A DNA stretch of 63,785 nucleotides, the filler included, from Octopus bimaculoides (lineage: Eukaryota): NCBI RefSeq assembly GCF_001194135.2. It is 6 parts of 6 records of this genome, joined end to end, with 100 filler letters (N's around TTAATTAATTAA, not from the genome) between each part and the next. Parts side by side here need not be neighbours in the genome. Positions count along the whole stretch, not along the records: positions 1 to 21,898 come from NC_068996.1; positions 21,999 to 50,505 come from NC_068985.1; 4 more parts are not named here. The stretch is one strand, 5' to 3'. The translations under genes were made by a program, and so were the position numbers. Below the pieces are notes generated by a model that had not been told where the DNA came from, made no database searches, and saw only the letters and a list, made by a program, of their open reading frames with translations. Shown piece after piece: positions 11,290 to 24,812 of the stretch (position 1 is its first letter; each line of letters begins with the position of its first letter).

Positions 11290-14200
11290 TATATGCGTGT
11301 GTATGTATGTATGTATACTCACATATATGTATGTGTATGTGTGTATGCGTAGTATACATATATGTGTGTGTACGTATGAGTGTAGAACGGTACCTGCTGA
11401 CCACATTTAGTGAAAGAATTCAGTTTTTCTATGAACATTTTCCTACCAAGCGCATATATTACTGCAACACGAGAATCTGCGTGTGATACTCCATTAAAAA
11501 ACTGTTTAATAAAAGGTTTGAACTTCAACAAGAGCTGTCTTGATGGGAATCTTAGTCTGCCGATTGTATTTTCATATAACTTAAGTATACTATTTTCACA
11601 AAATCAGAAATGGAGTTTCTCTGTTCTTTATGTGCTCTCCACATATATTGCAGACAGAATCTGGATGATTTAAAACACTTTCTTCGTGAGGAAGCCATGT
11701 CTTCATTTCCAGCTAAAAAGAAAAACAAAAACAAAACTTTTGCAAGTGAGAGAAGTAAAATACGTTGTTGGGATCATTAACAATTACAATTTTGTTTATT
11801 ACTGCCATGTGCAACAGAAGAGTTTTTCAGAAAGAAAAATTATAGTTACACAGCAATTAAATGGCAATCTCGTGTAATGCTATCGGTATTACACGAGAAC
11901 ACACACTGTGATATGCTCATGAGCGTTGCATTTATTGATAAGTGCATTATCACAAGACATAGGACTGCTAGAAACAAATGCAGGGCGCATTCTTATTCAG
12001 TAGCGTGAATATACCTCAAATCGGGCCTAAGCTCCGAAGCACCAGTGAACGTTTTTAGAATTTATTACCCAATCTAATCATATGTCTGGATAAAGTGTTT
12101 TCTCACTCGCTGTAGAGTTTGATAAGACACTTATTCAACCAACTGACCTACTTCCACTAATGAAAAATCAGCCTGACTGATGCTTAACGGATACACTATT
12201 TCAAGCTTTCATAAAATATTGCTTGAACGATTTGTCTATAATATACGTGCGTAAAAGTAAGAATGGAAGGAATTATCTGAAATTAATCCTATGTATAAAA
12301 TCGGTACTATATATTTGAATATACTTTTCTTATGTTTGTAAACAAAATCTTAAATATTTCTATACACCTACATATGCACACACACACACACACACACACA
12401 CAGACATACACATATAGATACGCGCACATTTACACATGTAGACATAGACACACACACACATATTCAAATATGTGTGTGTATGTATATGTGTGTATGTGTG
12501 TGTATACATGTATATATGTGTGAATGCCTAAATGTGTGGTTTGTATGTGTTTGTAATATTTTTTCGCACCACTTCAAGATCATTTCAATTCAACACCTTA
12601 CAGGAAGACCATTAATCTCAAAACTTTAATAGTCGTTCTTTTATTTATTTTTTTTTTCTAACCAACAAAATATTTGAAACAAATATTCACGAATTTACAT
12701 CAAATTAATGTTATTCAATTTATAATGCAAGAAACGGAACTTTAGAGTAGGTTCTATGTAAAAATGTTAATTTAACTAGGTGAGATACTTCATAATTTAA
12801 TATTGAAATATCAAGAATTTTATCTTAAATTATTACCATAACCACATTCGCCAATATTTCAATTAAACTTCATTTATTTTTACTGCATTCGTCTACATTT
12901 AACTATATCAACTAATTTTCTCATTTCTCATTTTCCTTGCGTTCTGCTTAGTATTCATAAAATGCGGAAAGCTTATATTTATGACGTCAGCACCTGCATC
13001 TCGAGAACAGCAGGAGCTTCTTTCTGTACTTACTGTAATTATCTTCTAATAACTTTTGTATTTTTTGTGTTTGTATTTTTCATCACCAAAAGTGAAAAAT
13101 ACAAAAACATTGAAAATATAATAGAATGTATGTTAAAATAATTTAGCACACTCTTGTGTGTATATGTATGTCTTAAGTGAATAGGTTTAAGTATCGCCCG
13201 CCTTCTACATAGAATATATCACTACTCATTTCATGCACTATTGTTACTAAGCAACATGCTAGCATATTGTAATCGTGAAACAACTGTTTTTAGCACTGGC
13301 ACTAAATCTGTAATGAAAAAATTCAGTCAAGAATGATTTATGCTAAATTTTTGTGTATATAATGATTTATAGCGTTAACACAATACCAAGAATTTGGAGG
13401 TGTGTATATAAAGACGTTTGAATTCGTATTGGGAAAGAAAGTATTTAAAGATAACTTAATGACAAGTTTAATTTCGAAAGTGATTAATAACATAACCAAG
13501 GAAGTGACATTTCGGTTTCGGTGCCCCAGCATGGCCGCAGCTATCGAGTTGAAACTGATTAAAGAGTTAAAGAGTATAAAATGATGTAGTAGACAGGAAT
13601 GTAATTTACTTGATTCTAAATAACGACGAATGACGTCGAACAAAAGTTAATCTCCCATGTAGCCCGAAAGCAACATGGTCATAAATTTTAGTTGAAGCTA
13701 TTTCTCTTAATTAACACCACTAAAACCATTAAAAAGTATGCTCATTCCCTTTTCCCTAAAATATAGCATATTTTATGGCTTTGACGAAAATAATTTAATT
13801 TAGTATTACACATTTAGATAAAATCGAAACCTCGACCATCATTCTAACTTCAATTAATACAAAGTAAAGTTACCTAAAAGTCATACGTGAAAACAATCAA
13901 AAAACAAGACAGAACGTGTAAGAGAGAGAAAAACATTCTGTAGAACGAGTTTTTGAAGATTTTACTTTTATTTCAAGGGAAATATTTCGAGCTAATTGTT
14001 TGCTTTTCTGTGGCTACTCGAGTTGCGAACGATACAGTTAAATTTTCCTCAATTTACGACTGATCGTCTTAAAAAGAGGACACATTCGATAAATGCCGAG
14101 ACAAAATCTGGAAAGGTCACAGTTGAAACGAATTTTATTATGAGTAAAATTCAGTTAGGATACATCTAGGATTAAGCAACTACAATTTGTTAATCTCACA

Positions 14201-15980
14201 TTTCCGTCCACTTATGATAATGTGACAATTCCGGAAGATGTAAATACTAGTTAATGGTTATTGCAATCAATACACTGTTTCTTACTTTGGTTCATGGAGT
14301 TGTCACCGAATTAAGAAGAATTCGTGAAGCAAAATAAACATCAATGTATTGATTTTATTATTCAGTCATTCAGTAAATATTATTATTATTCAGAAATTTT
14401 TTAATGAACCTAAGTAATCTGAAGTGATTTCCAGCTACTTTGCATTCAACTGATTATTTTGTTTCATGCCTAAAAAATCATTCCACTTAATACCAAATTT
14501 ACTATAAGTTTTGTAGTACATCTTCTTATCCTAATTAGCGATCTCTTTTTGCTTTCATTTAATCAACTTTTCATTATTTAATATTCATTAGCTAGCTTTC
14601 ATTTCAGTATATAAATTTTCTCAAGCTATTCTTTAAACTGATTTTTATGACCCAATATTTACCAGTTTGTTCCTCGATCACAAATTGTAGTTTACACATA
14701 GACATTATGAATTTGACATGACCCTGTAAAAGCTAGTAGTATCTTGAGACGCGTTTTATTTTCCTTTGTTTTTAACATAATCAACTATCTATATATTCTG
14801 CAAACTGATTATGTATTAGGAGCCCTTATTTCGAACGTACACCAATTATTACTTATTAGAATAATTGAGAAACAGATAAATTGTTGAAATGCAGTGTTTG
14901 AAATATAGGTTATGTGTTTCGATCTAAGCATTAGGGGAAACCTATGTAAGAATTGAATAACTAATGAAATCACTAATTCAAACACTCGAAACCTCAAACT
15001 CTGTCTCTTAATTCATTTGATGCGCTGCATTTTATATTTGCTTTTATGAAAATAAAAGTGTGTCATATACAGTTTATTTTATTGCAGTCTTTCTGATTTT
15101 TTAAAAACAAATTTATATTTTTATGAGATTTTAACAAAAAAAAAAGATATTGAGAACAGAAATATAAAATGCAATAAAAAATTTTGCTTTATCAATATTT
15201 TTCTTTCAACTTTGATGCATGCTTTAGGAGAGATTAAACTCGGCTCAATCACCAATCACAATCAATCATCTTACTAAAGTATCATTGATATTAATACATT
15301 TTTTATATATAAAATGTTTATTTTCCTCTTTGTTGTACTTGGCATAGTTTGCTGAAAAATAGATAACATGAAAAGCATAGGAAGTGCAGTTTTGTTTTAT
15401 ATATTTCTTGCATTCATGTTGATAAAATTTATCGGGTTTCAAATAGTCGTTTTTAATCGGGAACTTTTACATATCGAAGAAAGTTTCGAGCAACAGATTT
15501 AAGGGCTCGTTGATAATTTTTGCAAGTTAAGGTTGGTTGAACTAATTTATGGGGCTAACTTTATTAGATATGGTGAATGACTACTTTTTCTTAGATCTAC
15601 CACAGGAATTCAATAACATTTAAAAACTAGGAGGAAACAAATATTTGGATGGCCAAGTTTTTAATAAAACGTTAAGTTAGCCTTGTAATCCCATATGTAT
15701 AGAAAACAGTGAATTTCGTTAAAAATCTAGCTATACAATTATTAGTGCTACTTTTAAATCAGCATAAACTAACCAAATATAATTGCAATAATTTAAACTG
15801 TATTTAGCTGTTTCATTTACGCCAGACCTTTACATATCGTAAAGAAACGGTACATCTACCCATAGATATGTGCGCACGCGTATATATATATANNNNNNNN
15901 NNNNNNNNNNNNNNNNNNNNNNNNNNNNNNNNNNNNNNNNNNNNNNNNNNNNNNNNNNNNNNNNNNNNNNNNNNNNNNNN

Positions 15981-16024
<44 letters not shown>

Positions 16025-17373
16025 TTAAGAAACTGTATGATCAAATTTTATTTAGCCCATAACTAACTTCATTTACTAGTGGAAACGACCTAAGAAGCTG
16101 TATAATAATCGTAATGAAGTACACCAAAACAAAGTCAAAAACGATAACGAAAAGCAAGGAAACAAACTACTGGACAGCACCGAGAAAAGACATAACAGCA
16201 GACTGAAATCCAATTTAACACAACTAGAAAATTTTCTTCATTAGCTCCCTCATGAATATCAATGTGATTTCAACTCCAAAGATAGAATCGCTACTTCCGT
16301 TGTGTCAAATTGTATTCGGGAAATCTCCATACTGTTTGAGAGGACACATGCTAAATGTTTGTACCCTGTTCACAAATCATAAACATACACATTCCAAACA
16401 TTAAAATATACGACAAAAACTGAAACATAGACACAAGACTGATTCGTTTTATTGATAAGCAGGTCATAAGAACACACTATGATCAACTAACAAATCGGAT
16501 ATACCACGATGAAAGATAAAATAATAATTAACTGATATGTATTAGGAATAAATTACTTATTAATAAATATAATAATAAAAATATACTTTTAATCGATGGA
16601 CGACATACACATGAGATTAGATCACCAGCTTACAGCCATAGATCACACAGTCAGTGAGCTACTATTTCCTCATTCAAACTGTAAGAGTTGTCATGTGTTA
16701 AATAAAGATTCCGATTAGTAAGTGGGACTCGCAGAAGAAAATAAGACACAAAGCGAAAGTGAACTTATTATCCAATGAGAAATTGAAAGACAATGTACTC
16801 CGTGGGTAACATTTTTCAAACAGCCTAAGCAAACATCCTCTCGAATTATTCAAAACTAATTACAACAACGCTCAAAACTTGCACTTTACAACCGAATTTA
16901 CTTAATATACCATTGCGTAAATCAAGACTACATTCAAATTGCCTATTTAACCTTGAAGCTTTAAAACTTGCTTAAACACACGTCCAGTATGATTGTAAGT
17001 AAAGTCAAACCATAAATCTCTTTTCTATTAGTTATTTTTTCAAAATAAACACTCAATAACCTATAATCTAGAATGACAATATCATGTAAACACATATTTT
17101 GTGTATTTATGTATTTATTTTCACTTTACCGAATAGATATCTTTCTGTTTATATTTGACAATATTTGTATTTCTATTTATTCGTCTTTGCAACACTTGCT
17201 ATTGTTTTACATTTTGAATTGCTTTCCAACTAATGGTTCTTGCCTGTATTACACAGGTTTCATTGTTTTTCAAATAATAAGTCTTGAAATATATTCTTTA
17301 ATTTCTCTATAATGCATTTATAATTGACTATCTCCGCTCTCCTATCTATCTCTAGACCTATCACTTTCACCCT

Positions 17374-17406
<33 letters not shown>

Positions 17407-18074
17407 ATCTCAGCTTACGACCTCTACGCTCTCTCGCCTTCCAATCACTTCTCTTTCTACTTTCTCTCTCTCTCTCCTCTCTATATCTTACTCCGTCTAC
17501 TTTATTATACTGTTTTCATCTCTCTCTGTCTCTCTTTGTCTCTCTCTCTCTCTCCCCTCTCTCTCTCTCTAAGTATTTTGTCATTTACTCCTTCTCTTCC
17601 TCCCTCTTTCTATGAGTCTTTCTCTGTCATTGTGTGTGGTGTGCTTTACTCATTGCCTGTCATCCATTCTAGTATGTGCACTCGCTCAGCACCTTTCATG
17701 TTAACTCTCCTTATACTTGTCGTTTATACTCTTATCCCGTCAATCTATGCAACATAAAGCGCGATTGGACAAAGCAATCAGCCAAGCAACATTTATATCG
17801 TTTACTATAATGCTGATATATTTGCTAAGAACAACCTCGCGAAATAAACCTTTTCTCACTAATTAATGCTATTAATGCTTCTCTGTTTAATCAACAGAAG
17901 ATTACAAAAGTTTCTCAAAGCCGAGTGTTCGTGGATATTGCTCATCAAACTGATAAGAAACAATCCATGAAACTTTGAGTCCTTGATATTACTTTCACGA
18001 CTTTCTGGTGTCTAAAAATCAAAATGTACAGAAATCTATCTATCAGTCTGTCTGTCTGTCTGTCTATCTATCTA

Positions 18075-18126
18075 GCTATGCATATGTGTGTATGTATGCA
18101 TGCATGTATGTATGTATGCATGTATG

Positions 18127-18157
<31 letters not shown>

Positions 18158-18312
18158 GTGTACGTATGTATTTATGCATGTATGTATGTATGTATGTATT
18201 TTTGCATGTATGTATGTATGTATGTATGTATGTATGTATGTGTATGTATGTATGTATGTATGTGTATGTATGTATGTATATGTGTATGTATGTATATGTG
18301 TATGTATGTATA
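18075..18312. repeat. (TATG)n microsatellite
   Basis: Direct reading. Confidence 0.97.
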
Positions 18313-18443
18313 GTGATAGTGACTAGAAATGTGGAAATTAACATATTGGACCCAATTTTAATTAAATATTAATCAAACAAGAGTGTTTCAAAGTAGAAAA
18401 GAAATCTAAACTGTTACCTTTCTTCTTTTTTTTTTCTTTTCAG

Positions 18444-18572
18444 AAACACCATTATGGCTTCTTTTGCATATAGCTCCTGTTCGAAATGAAAAGGACCAAG
18501 TAGTTCTTCTTCTTTGCACCTTCAAAGACATAACAGCATTGAAGCAACCGCTGGATGATGAAGCTGGAAAAA
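18444..18572 (+). CDS. eag: Internal 129-bp exon (phase 1/1) of an ether-a-go-go voltage-gated K+ channel (Kv10, KCNH1/5-like), C-terminal part of the PAS domain
   Basis: Long polypyrimidine tract plus CAG acceptor, GTAAAT donor. Translation TPLWLLLHIAPVRNEKDQVVLLLCTFKDITALKQPLDDEAGK matches the EAG-family motif TP.W....APIRNE.D.VVLFL.TF.DITA.KQPI. No flanking eag exons were found in this segment. Confidence 0.93.
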
Positions 18573-19104
18573 GTAAATTTGTTAGAATTCTTTTCTTTAT
18601 CATTCCTTGAAAACCATAATGAATCTGATAATGTAGTGTGATATAAATTTTTTTTTTTAATTACTTTTCAGATAATTGATTTAGAACTACAGCACTTATA
18701 TAGGAGGTTTTAGTAAGAAGGGTATTTCTAAGGTTTATAAGAAATTATGGTGAGCGGTGTTAATCGCCATTTTATCCTCTTTTTAGTAAAAATCAAATCC
18801 TACGTTAAACCTACTAATTCAATGTTAGTTAAATCATTCTCTATTACCAAAATGTTTATTGAAATAATGCAGGAAACACCGTACACATTGTGTATGTATG
18901 AATGTAGAATGGCAGTCATTTCGGATGTGAAAGTACATTATATATGTTCCTTCTTCTTTGCACCCTCAAACACATAACAGCTTTGAAGCAACCACTGGAT
19001 ATACATATACATATACATATATATATATTTACTTTCGGTACGAATGGGTTTTTTTTTATTACGACGCCATGATTTACAATTCTGTAAATAATAATAATGG
19101 AATT

Positions 19105-19387
19105 TCTTATATAAGCTTAAGGCTTATTGTGACCACCATGCAATGACGAAGGAAAATAGTCTAATAAAGGGGCAAAGAAGCCCTCGGCAGAAACAAGAAG
19201 GCTCTCCTTTCAGCTGATTCGCTGGTATAAAGGTGACACACTCGGTCACGTTAACAAATGGGCGTGAGTTCGAATCCCACGCAGATAGGAGAGCTTTCTT
19301 TTTCTGCCGAGGGCTTATATGCCCCTTTATTAGACTATTTTCCTTAGTTATTGCACGCTGATCGCCATAAGTTTTAAGCTTATATAA
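19105..19387. repeat. Inverted repeat (~100-bp arms) enclosing a tRNA-like sequence
   Basis: 19105-19208 pairs with 19287-19387 (ttatataagcttaa...aaggaaaatagtctaataaaggggca...ctctcct). Confidence 0.93.
19216..19288 (+). tRNA. tRNA-like pseudogene or SINE head (Asn-like GTT position uncertain)
   Basis: A-box-like TGGTATAAAGG, T-arm GTGAG-TTCGAAT-CCCAC, partial acceptor pairing; the anticodon stem is poor, so it is unlikely to be a functional tRNA. Confidence 0.5.
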
Positions 19388-19405
19388 AAAATACCATATA
19401 TATAT

Positions 19406-19438
<33 letters not shown>

Positions 19439-19680
19439 NNNNNNNNNNNNNNNNNNNNNNNNNNNNNNNNNNNNNNNNNNNNNNNNNNNNNNNNNNNNNN
19501 NNNNNNNNNNNNNNNNNNNNNNNNNNNNNNNNNNNNNNNNNNNNNNNNNNNNNNNNNNNNNNNNNNNNNNNNNNNNNNNNNNNNNNNNNNNNNNNNNNNN
19601 NNNNNNNNNNNNNNNNNNNNNNNNNNNNNNNNNNNNNNNNNNTATATATATATATGCATCTATATATATACATTTATATT

Positions 19681-19740
<60 letters not shown>

Positions 19741-19742
19741 TA

Positions 19743-20436
19743 TACGAGAAGTCAACAATTATCTGCACTTTCGTTATAACATAACTTTATTGTCACGCTG
19801 CTTTCTGCACATGCGTGCTTATAGTTGGTACTATGGTGATCACATGATCACAGTTTGAGCCTGATCGCACCAGTTTTCTTTCTGGATTTATAGTGTTAAC
19901 ATGACGGCTCTACTAGCAATGTGCACCAAAGAAGAACAAAGAGTAGTGATTCGAGAGATGTTAATAGTGAACCGGTTCACCATTACCATCTCTCGAGTTT
20001 GCTGAATCTTCTCGTCAGCGGTGGAGGTTGACGGGTGTCCCACTCCTTCGTCCGTCACGCTTGTCCGGCCACTTTTAAACTTCTCGATCCAATCGTACAC
20101 ACTTCTACGCAGTAGTGCACGATCCCAGTATTGTGCTAAAAGCCTCCGATGAATTTTAGCACGTGACACACCTTCCAACCTGAGAAACTGGATCACTGCT
20201 CTTGTTCTTCTTTGGTGCACATTGTTAGTGGAGCGGACATGCTTACACTGTAAAGCCAGGAAGAAAAATGGGGTAATCTGGCTCAGACTTCGATCACTAT
20301 ATACCTACAATCAATAATACCTACTACTTCGATCAATAATACCTATTATAAGCACGCATGCGCAAAAAGCAGTGTAACAATAATAAAGATATGTTATGAT
20401 GAAAGTGCAGATAATTTTTGACTTCTCCTCGAATGT
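19743..20436. mobile_element. Non-autonomous mariner derivative made of two inverted left ends
   Basis: 19743-19951 and 20190-20436 are inverted copies that both include the transposase start (MTALLAMCTKEEQRVVI). The minus strand continues as the HTH region VIQFLRLEGVSRAKIHRRL...VYDWIEKFKSGRTSVTDE. TA-rich flanks. Confidence 0.88.
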
Positions 20437-20463
20437 ATACATACATATACGTATATACGTACA

Positions 20464-20562
<99 letters not shown>

Positions 20563-21112
20563 GTGAGTATATGTGAGCGTCTATGTATATACATATGTAT
20601 ATATGTATCGTGTACAAATGATTGTGATGGGAAAACTTAATAATACTCTTTTTCATCACGGTCAGCAATTGATTGAAAAGATAATTTCTAATATTTTTAT
20701 TACCTACTCTATGTTTTATGGCTTTTTTCTCATTTGCAGCTACTCATCGAGGTATATGTCCGTTTATTACTTTCGTGTGCATTAATTTTTATGCTGAATG
20801 CGCGTTGCTTTTAATGCACTTCGCAAATATGTCAAAAAGTGAAAAATATTAGATTGGTGCAAAACTGCAGTTTGGGATTCTTCGGGAGGTAATTATAACA
20901 GATATTCTATAGTTAGGATTATTAGGAAAGATACGATATTTTAGGAAACATGAAAATCATATGGAATATATGTAATACAGCTGGAGGAATTTAAATTCCT
21001 TATGGAAACGTAAATTAAATATAGGAACATTGGAATGTTGGAATGTAATGCATATATGTGTGTGCGTGTGCGTGTGTACGTGCATGTATGTATGAATATG
21101 TATATATATATG

Positions 21113-21165
<53 letters not shown>

Positions 21166-21851
21166 TCAAATTCGGGTATACAGTTTGTAATATGCCGTTT
21201 AAAGCCTGCACACTGTATGCAGCCGCCTGATTTTATGAACAGCATGGATGTAAATACCACTGGATTTACTTCAGAAATTCCTTCATATCCATAGGATTTA
21301 TAAAGTATGAGAGAAAGAAAATGAAATTCAAGAGACTATTCACTACGATCGTTCGACCCATTGTACACTGGTGCCTCGCGAATAAGATGCTGTACAGACA
21401 ACATCTTATGTTTTACACGGATAATGAAACATGTTGCAGAAAACCATGAAACAACCATGGATATAATGAAAAAATAAACCTCAGTCGGACATTCAAACTG
21501 ATATCTTGTCGGATGTCTTGTCAAAAGGTACACATCATTTAATCTCCGTTTCAGCTATTTCGATTAGAACCTACTTCCATGGTTGTAGTACACCACTTGT
21601 ATACATGTGAAACAGGAGATATCTAAGTAAGTATGGAGACGGAGGAGTGTGGGAGCATGGGAACACATCAATGGATGTATATATATGAAGGTGTACTTTG
21701 CGTTGTATAAGAATATATGTCTATGTATTTATGTGGGCGTGAGTGCATGCGTCTGTCTAATTGTATATGTATGTATGTGTGCAGATGCGTGCTCATATTC
21801 ATGTGTTCCCACATGCATGTGTCTGTAGATATGTATAAATATATGCGAATT

Positions 21852-21898
<47 letters not shown>

Positions 21899-21998
21899 NN
21901 NNNNNNNNNNNNNNNNNNNNNNNNNNNNNNNNNNNNNNNNNNTTAATTAATTAANNNNNNNNNNNNNNNNNNNNNNNNNNNNNNNNNNNNNNNNNNNN
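21899..21998. other. Assembly spacer N44-TTAATTAATTAA-N44
   Basis: Exactly 100 bp; six-frame-stop dodecamer; identical at five places. Confidence 0.97.
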
Positions 21999-22305
21999 TG
22001 AGCGAAAACACCTAAAGCTCCACGAGGCTCCGGCAGGGGACGGTGGCGAACCCTGCTGTACTCTTCCACCACAACTTTCTCTCACTCTTACTTCCTGTTT
22101 CTGTTGTGCCTGTAATTCAAAGGGGCCAGCCTTGTCACACTGTGTCACGTTGAATATCTCCGAGAACTACGTTAAGGGTACACGTGTCTGTGGAGTGGTC
22201 AGCCACTTGCACGTTAATTTCACGAGCAGGCTGTTCCGTTGATCGGATCAACTGGAACCCTCGACGTCGTAAGCGACGGAGTGCCAACAACAACAACACA
22301 CACAC
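21999..22305 (+). mobile_element. SINE family C-related copy (3' part, (CAA)n tail)
   Basis: Near-identical to 25770-25945 (gtgtcacg..gagaactacgttaa..aatttcacgag..ggaaccctcg). Confidence 0.8.
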
Positions 22306-22681
22306 ACATGTATTACGAGTCAAGCATTATGAGTTAACAAAATACTCCTTAATTTACAATACCTCTACTCTACAACAAACAGTTTTACAAATCCATGAAA
22401 GCTATTTATAATGTACTATAACCGCTAGAGGTAAGTGTTTTCGTCATGGATACCACACACATATTAACACAGGTGTTGTCAGCCCTTCGCCTAATAATCC
22501 CGTTGTGGTCCCCATTCATACTAGTTTAATATTTTAAAACATTTTTCTGAAAGACCTGAGTGCTATTTGAAATCAAAACGTAAATGAACGTATCTAAATC
22601 CCTTAAAATATGTTAACCGACGCCTTACAGATTTTGCCGTTCATGTACCACTTAATGATACTCTTTTGGTATTTCCTCCAG

Positions 22682-22775
22682 ACGAAACTCAACTCCAGAT
22701 AATAACTTCGCCAGTTCTAATGTTCAAAATGTAAATGAGAACAATCATCCGTATGAAGAAATTGATGAAAATGTG
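22682..22775 (+). CDS. Penultimate exon (94 bp, phase 2/0) of a probable receptor cytoplasmic tail
   Basis: tttcctccAG acceptor, GTTAGT donor; reads RNSTPDNNFASSNVQNVNENNHPYEEIDENV; the phase fits the exon at 24813. Confidence 0.65.
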
Positions 22776-22784
22776 GTTAGTTCG

Positions 22785-22824
<40 letters not shown>

Positions 22825-24812
22825 CTCTTTCTTCCCCTCTCTCCTCCTCTATCCTACTTTCTCTCTTTCCGTTTTTGTTTGTTATACATGCTTAAGTTAT
22901 AGTTTTTTATTTAAGTTTTTTCACAAAATATTGGGCGATCACATTGCACGGCACCTGGGGCAAGTCTATTCTACCATAGCCTTCAGTCAATCAATGACTT
23001 GTTGGGGGAAATTAGACTGAAATGAAAAGAGCGTCTCTGTTCTTCTTTAGTTCACTTAACTTTAATCTGTGTTATCACCACTGCATGGCTGTTTAGCTCC
23101 TTTTGCAGAGCCTGCGCTGTTGCAGATATTCAGACTAGTTGTGACTGTTAAGCATTTCTTAGAACTGTTAATGGTTTAAGTAAAATTGGTAAAGGAAAAA
23201 AAATCGAATTCGAAATGAAGACCTGGATATCTTCAACGTTACATCTCACCTCCTCAGTGAAGCTCATCTTTCTCCCCATTATTATAAAATTTTATGGGGT
23301 TATTTCGTTTCTAAATTCTATTTCGCTTTCTCACGTACTTTTAGATGTCATAAAATGAATAAATGGTTGTAAATCTTGACTTTNNNNNNNNNNNNNNNNN
23401 NNNNNNNNNNNNNNNNNNNNNNNNNNNNNNNNNNNNNNNNNNNNNNNNNNNNNNNNNNNNNNNNNNNNNNNNNNNNNNNNNNNNNNNNNNNNNNNNNNNN
23501 NNNNNNNNNNNNNNNNNNNNNNNNNNNNNNNNNNNNNNNNNNNNNNNNNNNNNNNNNNNNNNTATATATATATATATATAATCTTATCTGAAGAGAGAAT
23601 TATTTGAGAAATAGAGTATTTTGGTTCGTACTTTAATGTAGAGTGTGAATGACAGAAGTAAAGTGCAGAGCAATCAGCGGAAAGGGTCACCAGTTCACAT
23701 TTTCTCACTGGTAGTAGTATTATAACCTCGACTATAATAATTAATTCCAGAGAACTAAGTTTGTTTCTCCATCTCTTCAGGACAACAAAAAGCTTTCAAG
23801 GGTGTCATATGACTTCAGCTATAACAACTTAGCTTTCTTCCCTCCATTATTAGTCTCACACCTTTCGTTTTTACTCTTTCAACGAAGCACAGCTTCCGTG
23901 GAAGATCATAACGATTAGCAGCTCTATATTGACCCCCACACTCACGGCTACATCTGGATAAAATGGGACAGGGGTAGTATCGTTTCCTGTGCCTCTGATG
24001 TAGCATATATATTTTCCCGCTTCCTATGCTTGGGGTAGTGAAATATAAGTTTATATAACAAGCTTACAAGCGGATGCTTCTGCGCAAAATCTTTCATTTC
24101 GAATCTCCATCGACTGTGTCCCCGCACCCCTTCACTGAATACAAAATATCAAAAGGTCCCTTAATTGTCCCTGAATACAAAATAATTGTCACAGAATACA
24201 AAATATCAAAACGTCCCACCTAGAGCAAAGAGAAAGCTTTCGTACCTTCAACGGACGAAGGTAGGTCAGTTTTATCAGAAACAGATGCAAAGTGCATCTG
24301 TTTCTGAAAACAACTCAACGGTTTAGGATTGTGTTTTGTTCATATTTTAAGCTGATATTGGAAGCTATTTTGGCAAAACTACTGCCATTAATGCATCTTT
24401 CGTTTTCTGGCGTTTGTGTGAGAATGTCAGTGGTGTTATATTTATTGATTTTTTATTGTTGTTGTTGTTGCTGTTCCAGGTCCGTCCAGCTGGAGAAAAT
24501 CTATAATCAAATGCATTCCAGTAGAGAACATCATATCTTTTGAAAGATAGAGCGTATAAGACTCTATTATCTGTTTCAGGTGGTAGGGCGTAGTTTGGGG
24601 AACATTTAGTTACCAAAATGATCAGACGGAGCTTCGCCTTAAACAATTGGCTTCTGTTTTAGCACATCGGAAAGATAAAATACAATGTAGACCTAGGTGG
24701 GATTTGAACTCAAAACGTAAGGGGATATAACGAAATACTATAAGGTGACCGATTCTACCATCCATCCATCCATTCACAATGATTTATATATTTTCTTTTT
24801 ATTTTATTACAG

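Noticed and set aside
12984-12991. TGACGTCA CRE sites (also near 54009 and 60621)
   Set aside because: An 8-mer without promoter context is not supportable from sequence alone.
13338-13643. ORFs of 60-101 aa on both strands
   Set aside because: No recognisable motif; they contain a SINE fragment (cagcatggccgcag).
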